Assembly (NCBI GenBank): GCA_964621445.1
Contig: CAZUNO010000006.1
Coordinates: 54,011 to 118,010, forward strand
Origin: Candidatus Hadarchaeota archaeon
Lineage (GTDB): Archaea > CAYQAE01 > CAYVLA01
Direction of reading: 5' to 3'
DNA length: 64,000 nt
Shown here: piece after piece, positions 1 through 9,790 of the stretch
Numbering within the stretch: the stretch's first letter is position 1
Layout of the letters: each line of letters starts with the position of its first letter
Translations under genes and position numbers: made by a program
Notes under the pieces: model-generated
What the model saw: only the letters and a program-made list of their open reading frames with translations
Databases searched by the model: none
What the model was told of the DNA's origin: nothing

Positions 1-187
1 AGGTCAACGAAATGTACCCCCTTGACCACCCGGCCTTCCTTCATGTCCAGGCAGGGGACTATGCTTACCGGTTCCATATTTTCAATTCTCCTGGGTTTAG
101 GTCCTGATTTCAAGTGCTTATTTGTTTTGCCGGTTCGGGGGGTTGGGGGCACAAGAGATATAACAGTATTGTGGGCTCGTCTAGCCC

Positions 188-1207
188 ATGATGAAGTCGC
201 CAATCAAGGTAGGAGTAATCGGAGCGGGAGCGATTGGAAATTCCCACCTCAAGACATACAGTGAGGCTGACGAGGCTGATCCAATCGCGGTTGCCGACGT
301 GAATAGGGAGAGGGCCAGGAAGGAGGCCAAGAAGTTTGGAATCGACGAGGTGTTTACCGATTATCACGAATTATTGGAGATTCCGGAACTGGAAGCTGTC
401 AGCATCTGTATTCCAAACGTTTTCCATGCACCGGCATCGATTGCGGCTCTGGAGGCTGGTAAGCATGTTCTATGCGAGAAGCCTCTGGCCGTGAACGCGG
501 ACCAGGCCGAGCTCATGGTTAGAAAGTCCAGAGAAACGGGAAAGAGGCTTGCCATGTCCCTAAACCTACGTCACAAGGGTAGTTCGTTGATGCTCAAAAA
601 GGCAGCGGAGGATGGCCAACTTGGAGAGATATACTACGGAAGAGGAGGCATGCTAAGGGATAATGCCATACCTAGAGGATGGTTTCATAGAAAGGAGTTC
701 GCAGGTGGGGGCCCTCTTGTCGACCTCGCTTCCCACATATTGGACTTGACCTGGTGGATAATGGGTAGGCCGGACCCGGTGTCGGCATTTGGTTCCACCT
801 TTGCCAAATTCGGCCCCAGAGGGCTTGGAATGGGTAGCTGGGGGGTCGGACACCAGGATGGCCCCTTCGACGTTGAGGATCTCGGAGTGGGAATGATCAA
901 ATTCGAGGGAGGCCAGACCCTTATCGTGGAAGCAAGCTGGGTGGTGAACATTGAGACTAGGACCTATAGCGAGGTGTCGGGAACCGAGGCCGGGGGATCA
1001 CTTCTTCCCGATCTGAACGTTAAAAAAACGGATGGAACCCCTCTGCAAATGGAGGCCGAGGAGGACCAGGACCCCAGGCTCAGGTTCCTGAAGGACCTAA
1101 TCCATGGCAACCCAGCACTTGGCCCGGGTGAGGATGGTCTAATGGTTACCAGGATGCTGGATGCCATCTACGACTCGGCTGAAACCGGCAAAGAGGTAGA
1201 GCTGTAA
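188..1207 (+). CDS. Gfo/Idh/MocA family NAD(P)-dependent oxidoreductase
   Basis: Rossmann motif [20 protein letters not shown] signature, [14 protein letters not shown]. Confidence 0.93.
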   Translation: MMKSPIKVGVIGAGAIGNSHLKTYSEADEADPIAVADVNRERARKEAKKFGIDEVFTDYHELLEIPELEAVSICIPNVFHAPASIAALEAGKHVLCEKPLAVNADQAELMVRKSRETGKRLAMSLNLRHKGSSLMLKKAAEDGQLGEIYYGRGGMLRDNAIPRGWFHRKEFAGGGPLVDLASHILDLTWWIMGRPDPVSAFGSTFAKFGPRGLGMGSWGVGHQDGPFDVEDLGVGMIKFEGGQTLIVEASWVVNIETRTYSEVSGTEAGGSLLPDLNVKKTDGTPLQMEAEEDQDPRLRFLKDLIHGNPALGPGEDGLMVTRMLDAIYDSAETGKEVEL

Positions 1208-1228
1208 TCAACGAACAGGTGCGTCGGT

Positions 1229-2470
1229 TCAGCTCTCCGCCATCTTGGTGGCCTTAACGGTCCTGTACAATCTCCTCCTGACCATCAGGGACCAGAGGAT
1301 GAACCCGGATATGAAGAGCGTGGATACCGAGACCAGCCATTCCACAATGTAGACCCAGATTAGCGCCTGGTTCTTGACCTCGGTGGCCACCCGTTTTGCC
1401 TGGGGAAAGCGATCCAAGGCAGATGCCATGACTTCTTCGCACTTCGGGAAATCCTGTTCCATGTATTGTTCGATGGCCTGTTCGTAGAAATCCTCGATTT
1501 CCCATATTTCATCCCTGATTCTCTGGGTATTGGCACCGAATTTGTCCACGAAGTCCTTTACCGAATAGAGAACTGCGATACGGTTCCTGTACTCGATGAA
1601 ATACGCCTTAAGTCTGTGGAAAACCTCGACGTCCTCTATGAGATCCCTCTTGGTGGAGTACAGGAAGATGTTCACCAGCATGTCAGGGCCATAACGGTGT
1701 GAAGTTGGGCTCTTCGAGTATTGTATCAGGGGCCCGGGTACAAAGCCGCCACAGGTCAGGGTTCTCCCGCTCCCGTAATCCCAGGCTATGAGGAAGGGGA
1801 CCCTTCCCTTTCCGGGGAAGTTCCCGATTTGCCAGGCCATGGTCCGGGCCGTTTCCCGGGGTATCACCAAACGGGAGGCGGCCGTATACTGTTTCTCGAC
1901 ATCGAAGGGGATGAAGGGGGTGAGAACGGGATCCGGGAAATCGGGATCTATGACCACCTTAAAGGTGTTGGTTGCGCTTTCTCCTCCCGCCTTTTCGGCG
2001 ACGGCCGGAGCGTCATTTGGGAAAGCCTTTTGAGTCTGGGAGTTGGCCCAGGCTCCGTGGATCTGGGAAACTATGCTGAAAACGCTTCCATCATTTAGCC
2101 CTCCAGCCCCGCCCTCTATGGCATCGTGCATCCATTTATCCTGGGTGGAGCTGAAGAGGTTGTATTCGGTTGCGGTAAGGTAGAGGAAGTCGTATTGGCG
2201 AAGGTCCTGGTAACTTCGGGGGAAATAGAGCCTGATGAATTTCTTTGCATCCTCCCGGCTGACTATACCTGTATCCCTGGATGGCACGGTGATATATTCC
2301 ACTAATGGTTCGTTGTCCAGGTAAAACTGGGCGGCTCGGAGCTGTCCAAAATGCCCGGTTATCAGAATATTGATCTTCTCATTGGAGCCAACCCCACTGG
2401 GAACGAGGAGGTGGAGGGCTAGCACTGATAATAGTGTCAGGAAAAGGGCCCTTCTGCCCATGTTTTCCAT
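1229..2470 (-). CDS. Membrane-anchored surface protein, window paralog family copy 1
   Basis: N-terminal signal peptide; RLYFPRSY motif; helical stalk (DFVDKFGA); C-terminal WVYIVEW-TM-MVRRRLY shared with four other loci. Confidence 0.85.
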   Translation of the reverse strand: MENMGRRALFLTLLSVLALHLLVPSGVGSNEKINILITGHFGQLRAAQFYLDNEPLVEYITVPSRDTGIVSREDAKKFIRLYFPRSYQDLRQYDFLYLTATEYNLFSSTQDKWMHDAIEGGAGGLNDGSVFSIVSQIHGAWANSQTQKAFPNDAPAVAEKAGGESATNTFKVVIDPDFPDPVLTPFIPFDVEKQYTAASRLVIPRETARTMAWQIGNFPGKGRVPFLIAWDYGSGRTLTCGGFVPGPLIQYSKSPTSHRYGPDMLVNIFLYSTKRDLIEDVEVFHRLKAYFIEYRNRIAVLYSVKDFVDKFGANTQRIRDEIWEIEDFYEQAIEQYMEQDFPKCEEVMASALDRFPQAKRVATEVKNQALIWVYIVEWLVSVSTLFISGFILWSLMVRRRLYRTVKATKMAES

Positions 2471-2524
2471 TACTTCTCTATTGGCATATAAAGATTGTTG
2501 AACCTTGGATTTTCATAACTCAGA

Positions 2525-3676
2525 TCAGGCCGGCCGGAAAATGGAGACACCGGCCAGTTCCCTTCCGGCTTCCGCGATGTAAATGGTGCCGTCGGCAGAG
2601 ATTGCAGCTCCCTTGGCGCCCTCTATAGTATCGGTTTGTTCAATTGTGCGGAATCGGGTAACCAGCTTGCCGTTGTTGTTATACTTGTCGATGCTGGGCT
2701 GGTAGTTATTGCTATTATCCCTGGCCATGAGGTATATATTACCAAGATCATCCGAGGCCATGGCGTGGTACCTGTAGTGCCCGTGGGTGGCGTCCTTGGT
2801 GGAGCCGGGGTTGGCGAACTGGAAAAGAAAATTTCCCTTGGAATCGAATTTCTGGCACCTGCCGTCGAATTCAGCAACGAAGACATCTCCATTGGGATCG
2901 GTGCATATCCCATGGGGGGCCAGGAATTCACCATGTCCCGTTCCCCGAGCTCCCCAGCAACGGATTTGGGTTCCTTGCCCATCAAAGACGATGACCCTGT
3001 TGTTCCCTACATCTGCAACATGTACCAGTCCGTCCCTGGATATGGCCAGGGAGTGGGGTCTCATCATTTCACACCTGCCCTCCCCCTCCCCGCCCCAGCA
3101 CCTTAGAAATCTGCCACTGGAATCAAAGACCTTGACCTGGCAGAGGTTGCCGTCAATAACGTATACCTCCCCATTTTCATGGACCTTCAAATCTCTGGGT
3201 CCATCCAGGCCTCCCGGCTGGTTTTTCTTTCCCTTCCCGATCTCCCCCAGATATTTTCCAGAGGGCGAGAAACGGATAATCCTGGCGGTTAAAGGGTCGG
3301 CGACTAGAAGGTTCCCGGAGGACTCAAGGGCAATTCCGTGGGCTTCCGCCATCTCATCGGGGCCTTCTCCCTTTCTATTCCAGAAGGTCACGCATTCGTA
3401 AAGGGGGCCTGGGCCTTCCAGGATCACGGTGGCCCATGAACTCAGATGTTTTCCCTCCCCCACTCTAGCCTCTATCACATGCTCTCGCCTGGGGGGGTCG
3501 ACAGGCGCCCTGTATACGCCGTTGGAGTCTATGGTTCCTACCTGATGGTTACCATCCGGGATGCCGTCGACCGACCACTGCGCGGGTGAACTAGCAGGTT
3601 GGAGTGAAAATTTCTGTACCGAATCCGGCTTCAAACGTATCATGCCGGGCCGGATAATGGACCGAGAGAATCTCAT
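2525..3676 (-). CDS. NHL-repeat beta-propeller protein with N-terminal Ig-like domain
   Basis: Repeated PHGI/PHSL...DG.V.VAD..N.RV..FD..G units; N-terminal WSVDG...GTIDSNGVYRAP segment. Confidence 0.85.
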   Translation of the reverse strand: MRFSRSIIRPGMIRLKPDSVQKFSLQPASSPAQWSVDGIPDGNHQVGTIDSNGVYRAPVDPPRREHVIEARVGEGKHLSSWATVILEGPGPLYECVTFWNRKGEGPDEMAEAHGIALESSGNLLVADPLTARIIRFSPSGKYLGEIGKGKKNQPGGLDGPRDLKVHENGEVYVIDGNLCQVKVFDSSGRFLRCWGGEGEGRCEMMRPHSLAISRDGLVHVADVGNNRVIVFDGQGTQIRCWGARGTGHGEFLAPHGICTDPNGDVFVAEFDGRCQKFDSKGNFLFQFANPGSTKDATHGHYRYHAMASDDLGNIYLMARDNSNNYQPSIDKYNNNGKLVTRFRTIEQTDTIEGAKGAAISADGTIYIAEAGRELAGVSIFRPA

Positions 3677-3743
3677 GGGCAGGAAACCTGCAACCGGTCC
3701 TAATAAATGGGAACAGTTTTAGGATTTAGAGGAGTTTTGACAG

Positions 3744-5186
3744 GTGGTTGTTTCTATGGACGGAAGGGATCTATGCGGGCATGGAGTCGATTTTGCTCTT
3801 CAAATGGGCGCTGAATACGCCGAGGCGAGGTACGAGAAAATTTTGACGGAGGGATACTCGATGAGGAATGGTGAGATCCTTTCCGCCGGGAAGAAGGAGC
3901 AGGAGGGTATCGGGATAAGGATCATAGTTGAAGGGAGTCTAGGTTTCTGCTCGATCGACGGTTTGGACAAGGGGGAGTTGGAGCAGTCCATAGAGGAGGC
4001 CCACAGGATGGCAAGTTCTTACACCCGCAGGGAACCAGTCCGGTTCTCTAAGGAGGATGTCCACGAGGATAGCTGGGAAACCAGGGTTGCCATTCCATTC
4101 CATGATGTTGATCAAGAAACCAAGGTCGATTTCCTTACCGACATCGATAAATCAATGGACCCGGAAGAGAACGGGTTGGCTTTGAGAAACCTCAGCCTTA
4201 AAACCGTGAATAGAATTAAGCATCTTACCACCAGCGAGGGATGCGATATTCAGGGGTCCAAATCACTCTTCTCCCTGGGAGTTATGTTTCAGGCCGAACA
4301 CAACGGCCATTCGGAACAGAGGCACTTCAGCATCGGTGGAGCAGGAGGCTGGGAATGGGCGGAGGATGAGGATCTACGGGAGAGAATAGCCGATGATGCG
4401 ACCAGGACCTCGCGCGTCGTCTCCGAGGCCAAATCCATGGAACTGGGAGAGATCGATGTGGTTGTGGGGCCGGAGGTGGCGGGAATAATGGCCCACGAGA
4501 ACTGTGGCCACCCCTCGGAGGGCGATAGAATAAAGGGCAGGGAGGCTGCCCAGGCAGGAGAGTCCTGGTATTCGGACCTGGTTATCGGCGAATCCCAGAT
4601 TGGCAGTGAGGCCCTGACCATAATTGATGATCCTACCATTAGGGGGAGCGCTGGGTTCTACCCCTATGATGATGAAGGGGTGAGGGCCAGACCGAGATAT
4701 CTCATAAAGAAGGGTATCCTTAACGAGCTTCTACTTAACAGGGAATTCGCATATAGGTTCGACACCAAATCGACCGCCGCCGCCCGTTCAACCGGTTATG
4801 AACGGGAACCGATCATAAGAATGGCCAACACCTACATTGCACCTGGTGATCATTCCCAGGAAGAGCTGGTAGAGGATATCGATAAGGGTATATTCATGAG
4901 CAGTTTCACGGAATGGAATATAGATGACAGGAGGTTTCAATCAAAATACGTGGGGTCCCATGCCCTTCTCATAGAGAATGGAAATCTTACCGAGAAGCTG
5001 GTGAGGAGGCCGGTGCTGGAGCTGACGACCCGTAGATTATTCCGATCCATAGATGCCTGTGGAACCGGTTTTAAAGCCGACCTGGCAACCTGCGGAAAAT
5101 CGGATCCAATGCAAGGAATACCGGTTTGGACCGGCGGCCCCTGTGCGGTTAGATTGAGGAATGTCAGAGTGGGGGTGGGCATTTGA
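3744..5186 (+). CDS. tldD: TldD metalloprotease subunit
   Basis: HENCGHPSE zinc motif, YDDEGV, RMANTY, CGK; start may be ATG 3756. Confidence 0.92.
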   Translation: MVVSMDGRDLCGHGVDFALQMGAEYAEARYEKILTEGYSMRNGEILSAGKKEQEGIGIRIIVEGSLGFCSIDGLDKGELEQSIEEAHRMASSYTRREPVRFSKEDVHEDSWETRVAIPFHDVDQETKVDFLTDIDKSMDPEENGLALRNLSLKTVNRIKHLTTSEGCDIQGSKSLFSLGVMFQAEHNGHSEQRHFSIGGAGGWEWAEDEDLRERIADDATRTSRVVSEAKSMELGEIDVVVGPEVAGIMAHENCGHPSEGDRIKGREAAQAGESWYSDLVIGESQIGSEALTIIDDPTIRGSAGFYPYDDEGVRARPRYLIKKGILNELLLNREFAYRFDTKSTAAARSTGYEREPIIRMANTYIAPGDHSQEELVEDIDKGIFMSSFTEWNIDDRRFQSKYVGSHALLIENGNLTEKLVRRPVLELTTRRLFRSIDACGTGFKADLATCGKSDPMQGIPVWTGGPCAVRLRNVRVGVGI

Positions 5187-6547
5187 ATAGGGAACGCGAG
5201 ATGGTCGAACTAGCTCTCGAGGCATCCGAACCGGCCAGCGATGCCGTGGTTCGGTACGTGATAAGCGAGGGCAGTCAGATAAGATTCTCCAACGGTCAGA
5301 TAGACATCAGCAAGATCTGGAAATCCCGAAAAATGGATGTCTTCCTGGCCCTTGGCAAAAGGGTGGGGAGCACGGAAATAGAAAACCCGACTGCCGATAA
5401 GATATCATCTCGCGTGAGCAGGCTCATTTCCCAAACTGGGAAGATGAGGGAGAGCGAACTTTTTGGGGGAATATCCCATGAAGGCCGGGTTCAGGGAAGT
5501 GAGAGGGGAGTGATCGACCCCGATATCGAGGGATTTGGCTCGGTCGCACCGGGACTGGTTAAGGAAGCAATTGCTTCCGCGGAGGAAAAGGGAGCCAGGA
5601 GGGTGGCCGGGTCCCTGGTTTTCGGTAAGGACCGCATCGTAAACGGAACCAACTACAGTGAAGGTGGGGAATATGATAGATCGTATTACGAGCTCACCGT
5701 CAGAAGCTTTATCGATAACGAGACCTCCGGGCAGGGCCTGGCCTGTGGAAGGGACCTTTCCCGGGCCGAGGATCGTTTTACAAGGGCAGGACGGGAATCG
5801 GCAGAGATAGCAAGAATGGCCGAAGGGGGAGTCCAGGGCAAGGCTGGTGTCTATGACCTAATCGCATCTCCCACAGTTTCCGCAAATCTTCTCGGGGGCC
5901 TGGCTTCGAGCGCGAATCCCTTGATGATGATGTTGGGTTTTAGCCCCTTGGATAATCGTTTAGGACAGGAACTGGGCCCCAGGGAACTGTCCATCCGCGA
6001 CGACCCAGACGTGGAGGAGGGTTTGGGATCCAGGCCGTGGGATGTCGAAGGCGTTCCCAGTAGACGGGTTGATATATTTGAGGAGGGGAGGTTCGTGGGC
6101 ATGGTCCATAACACCAGTACCGCAGAGCTATTCGAGGCAGATAACACCGGGTCCAGTTGCCTGGTAAACATGGGTGGGAATAAGAGTCTGGCTCCCTGGG
6201 CCAGCAATCTAGTATTCGAGCCGGGAGACGAGGGCCTCCAGGAGATGATCAAGGGATCCAGAAAACCAACCATATACGTGACTTCGAATTGGTATACCCG
6301 ATTTTCAAATTACTCCGAGGGCACCTTTTCCACCATTCCCAGGGACGGCATATTCCTCATAGAGGACGGGGAGATAAAGAGACCGGTCAGGAAGATAAGG
6401 ATCTCGGATAACATCGTGGACATGATTTCGAGGATTGAGAGCATAGGTAATGATGTCAAACAGGTCCACTGGTGGGAGGTGGATACCCCCACTTTCATTC
6501 CCCATGTCAAGTTTAACGAGGTAAATATCACCGCTGCAAGGATATAG
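5183..6547 (+). CDS. pmbA: PmbA/TldE non-catalytic partner
   Basis: Overlaps the tldD stop; IRFSNGQI, PWDVEG; lacks HExxxH. Confidence 0.88.
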   Translation: MNREREMVELALEASEPASDAVVRYVISEGSQIRFSNGQIDISKIWKSRKMDVFLALGKRVGSTEIENPTADKISSRVSRLISQTGKMRESELFGGISHEGRVQGSERGVIDPDIEGFGSVAPGLVKEAIASAEEKGARRVAGSLVFGKDRIVNGTNYSEGGEYDRSYYELTVRSFIDNETSGQGLACGRDLSRAEDRFTRAGRESAEIARMAEGGVQGKAGVYDLIASPTVSANLLGGLASSANPLMMMLGFSPLDNRLGQELGPRELSIRDDPDVEEGLGSRPWDVEGVPSRRVDIFEEGRFVGMVHNTSTAELFEADNTGSSCLVNMGGNKSLAPWASNLVFEPGDEGLQEMIKGSRKPTIYVTSNWYTRFSNYSEGTFSTIPRDGIFLIEDGEIKRPVRKIRISDNIVDMISRIESIGNDVKQVHWWEVDTPTFIPHVKFNEVNITAARI

Positions 6548-6550
6548 GAA

Positions 6551-7213
6551 GTGAGTTTTTCCTTGGTTTCCAGGAGCGATCGGGAAGCGGCCGAAAGGGC
6601 CAGGTCAAGCTACAATATCATGAGTGATTGGTACGATATCCTGGCCGGTCCCTGGGAGGAGGAGATGAGGAACTCTCTTCTCCAGGGTATGAACCCAGGC
6701 GGGGTTGAAAGGCTGCTGGAGATCGGTTGCGGAACCGGAGGCACCCTTCTGTGGCTGACCGAAATCGACGGCCCGCTTCCAGTGGGACTGGACGTCTCGG
6801 AGGGCATGTTGGACGTCGCCCGGGACAGGCTAGAGGCAGCGGAAGTAAAGGAAACTAAACTCGTTCATGGCGACGCCTTGACCCTTCCATTTGCCAGTGC
6901 GGTATTCGGTGCCGTGCTTATGGTTTTCACGCTGGAGCTATTCTCGAACGAGAACATCTCCCAGGCTCTTTCCGAGTGTAAGAGGACCCTGGCCGAAGAT
7001 GGGGATCTGTATATCGTTTCACTTGGGGTTAATGGTGGTGGCCCAGCGTTTACCATATATGGCTGGTTGCACCGATTATTTCCCAAGTTCGTGGACTGTA
7101 GACCGATTGACCTACCCAAGATAGTTGAAAGGGCCGGGTTCGAGGTCAGGGAGAACAAGACCCTGGAAGAATGGGGTTTCCCGGTTCAAATGGTTCGTGC
7201 TGGACCGATGTAG
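6551..7213 (+). CDS. Class I SAM-dependent methyltransferase (UbiE-like)
   Basis: LLEIGCGTG motif I, GLDVSEGML, GDALTLPF. Confidence 0.88.
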   Translation: MSFSLVSRSDREAAERARSSYNIMSDWYDILAGPWEEEMRNSLLQGMNPGGVERLLEIGCGTGGTLLWLTEIDGPLPVGLDVSEGMLDVARDRLEAAEVKETKLVHGDALTLPFASAVFGAVLMVFTLELFSNENISQALSECKRTLAEDGDLYIVSLGVNGGGPAFTIYGWLHRLFPKFVDCRPIDLPKIVERAGFEVRENKTLEEWGFPVQMVRAGPM

Positions 7214-7227
7214 GCCCTAAGGGGCGA

Positions 7228-9681
7228 TCATAAGGGCCTTAGACGCAGGGAGTCGAGATCTATGGGTTTGGAGAAAAGCATATCGATGTCCAAAGACGAA
7301 GGCGGAATTTCAACTGTATGGGACGTCCACTCCTTTGATTGGGGCAACATGACTTGTTTGTCCCATCTTGAATTGGAGAGGGTGATGGTGAGCTTCTCCG
7401 GTGCCCTGTAACTCAGGGTCAACTCAACTCCGTTTTCGCTGAGCATTGATTGAATCTCTGCCACCGCTCCTGATTCTCCGTTTCTGTAGGTGATTGCTGG
7501 GCTGGAATCATCAGTTCTTTGAGCGCTCCAACCGCTTTTTAGGAATGCTCCAGGGCGATGTCGGAGAGGATTGGTATCCCAGGAGGTGCCGACATTGGTA
7601 AGGAAACTGGAAGGTGTTAGGAAGGCGTTGCGTATCTCGATTGAATTATCAAGGCTGAGAAGTATTTGGCTAGAGCCCATGTGGGGAGGTATTGTGAATG
7701 CGTGGATCGTCCAATTCTGAGATTCCTCCACCTTGGCGAATTGAACGGTAAAGGAGTTTGAAACGTCGATAACGGCTCCATTTTCTGATCTGTACTCCAT
7801 GGTAACCACCCATGGAATGCGCGTGTCCACATTATTGATGATGACCGGGTTATTTTTGCCGATCTGCCAGGTCCCGTTATTTCCCCTCCTCTCAGCGTAT
7901 ATGCCGGGGCGAGCCCTGGCCCGGGCATCGTCCTGAATTTCAAATATCGTCTCATCCGTATATATGCAGATGTCCGAGACCCAGGCGACCTCCGTGAGTT
8001 GTGCTTCCAGAATCTTGATCCTGGTGCCCGAAAGGGGCAATTTCCAGTGACCAACCTTCCAAGCTCCCTGGGCTTCGAGTCCCCCCACCTCCTTCCAGCC
8101 GGTCTTGGTTTTCATGGAAACCGTGCCGGGGTGATAGGTAAGATATCGGATGGCCAGGATGTAGTCCTTGGAGTTGTCAACCCCCTGCAGAGATATCGTT
8201 GCTCCGGGAGGTGCAAGCCGGCATGATTCATCATATACGGTGTCTACCGGCCCCCAGGAACCGGACTCCATCTTGATTGGCGAGTCCGATGTCCGGTTTG
8301 AAACATCCAGATGTATTATTGAGGGAACCGGGTGGTGTCTGTCCTTCACGAAACGTCCCAACACCTCATAGCTTTGGCGAACAACCGAGTTCTCACTGCG
8401 GAACATTTCTGCCGGGAAAACGTAGTAGGCAAGAGGTTTCCTCATGTAGAGGTGAAAAAGACCTCCGTCAAGGTAGTGGTAGAAGTTGTTTATTGCACTC
8501 ATATCTCCGGTTAAAAGACGTCCGGGGTCCAGTTCTATCTCTATGGATACCCCCAGATCCTTAGCAGCTTCCGCTATGCGATCCAAATCGCGTCTTTCCC
8601 TCCATTTACCGGTAACCCGGTCCCTGAAGGCATGGTTGGGCTGGATCCAGACGTAATCAAAAAGGAGATCTCCCGACCGGTAGTCCTCCAGATCTTCAAG
8701 GTTCTTTTCGGAATTGTAGGGTATCCAGTAGAGGTCGAGGTCCCGGGATTCCAGTTGACCTGAGAGAGCGTTAACTAGCTCCCTGTCCCCCTGAAACAGT
8801 TCCTCCCTTATCCAGTAGAAGCCTATGAGCTCCAGATTTCTGTATTGTTCCATCTTCCAACGTTTTATCACCTGATCGGTGAACCATTGACATGCACTGA
8901 GTCGAGCGTCAAGGTAGGGTTTCCCATTGGGTGATCGGAAGCTTATCCTTTCTTCGGAATCGTCTTCTGGATTGAAGTCCGTGACCCTGGGATCTGGATA
9001 GGGTATTGAGATAATTACTCCCTTCTTCGAGGGTCGGCCGAGCTCCTTTTCGGCGGCATATATCTCGCTATTTAAGGCATCCATTTGCTGTTCCTGGGCG
9101 AACAGCTTATCTATCCACCATTGCCATTCCTGATTTCGGGATTGACCTCGGAAGTTTGTCTTCGAGGCTGATGACAGGGAGAGGAAGAGATAGGAGTCAA
9201 AAAGCCATTCCCGGCTGCGGCCGTCCTTGTCAAGATAGGATACGTAGGGTGCCAGGTAATCCTGATCAACCGTGTATTTTCCCTTTTGACTGGGAACGAA
9301 AACCAGGGCGAGGTCGTTTATGCCCTCGAATGAAGTGGGGGAAGCTGGTGCCTGGCTCATTTTTACGGCGACCAGGGATAGAGTGAAGAGGAGCAGAAGG
9401 AGCGAAATTGCTAAGCTTCGTATGGAGACCGGCCTTGACCTATCGGCCCGGTTCAATGTCTGATGGAGGTTTTTCATTGGGTTTAGGGATAGACCAGTTT
9501 GGGAAGTGGAGTGCATGGTCTCGGTACAGTTCCTGCAAAGAACCTCCCGTGGGTGCGTTCCTGTAAAATCAAGGGAACCGCTCTGGTCTTCGAAGAGGGG
9601 ACCACCACAGCGTGTACAGTAGGTGAAACTGCGGTCCCCTAGCTGTCTTTCGGGAGATACCCACACGGATTTGCGTTCCAC
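7228..9681 (-). CDS. DUF4855 (glycoside-hydrolase-like) membrane protein with N-terminal zinc ribbon and C-terminal beta-sandwich repeats
   Basis: WLFDSYLFL, GFYWIRE, WIPY, QPN motifs; CTRC...CRNC before a TM helix. Confidence 0.72.
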   Translation of the reverse strand: MERKSVWVSPERQLGDRSFTYCTRCGGPLFEDQSGSLDFTGTHPREVLCRNCTETMHSTSQTGLSLNPMKNLHQTLNRADRSRPVSIRSLAISLLLLLFTLSLVAVKMSQAPASPTSFEGINDLALVFVPSQKGKYTVDQDYLAPYVSYLDKDGRSREWLFDSYLFLSLSSASKTNFRGQSRNQEWQWWIDKLFAQEQQMDALNSEIYAAEKELGRPSKKGVIISIPYPDPRVTDFNPEDDSEERISFRSPNGKPYLDARLSACQWFTDQVIKRWKMEQYRNLELIGFYWIREELFQGDRELVNALSGQLESRDLDLYWIPYNSEKNLEDLEDYRSGDLLFDYVWIQPNHAFRDRVTGKWRERRDLDRIAEAAKDLGVSIEIELDPGRLLTGDMSAINNFYHYLDGGLFHLYMRKPLAYYVFPAEMFRSENSVVRQSYEVLGRFVKDRHHPVPSIIHLDVSNRTSDSPIKMESGSWGPVDTVYDESCRLAPPGATISLQGVDNSKDYILAIRYLTYHPGTVSMKTKTGWKEVGGLEAQGAWKVGHWKLPLSGTRIKILEAQLTEVAWVSDICIYTDETIFEIQDDARARARPGIYAERRGNNGTWQIGKNNPVIINNVDTRIPWVVTMEYRSENGAVIDVSNSFTVQFAKVEESQNWTIHAFTIPPHMGSSQILLSLDNSIEIRNAFLTPSSFLTNVGTSWDTNPLRHRPGAFLKSGWSAQRTDDSSPAITYRNGESGAVAEIQSMLSENGVELTLSYRAPEKLTITLSNSRWDKQVMLPQSKEWTSHTVEIPPSSLDIDMLFSKPIDLDSLRLRPL

Positions 9682-9790
9682 TAACTAGCCGGAGAATTTC
9701 GGGTTAAGAATGATTACGTACAGCCCCTTTGTGTCTGGATATGGCACTAAAATATAAGTCCGGGGCTCATGGCATTGGTGGAGAAGACCC

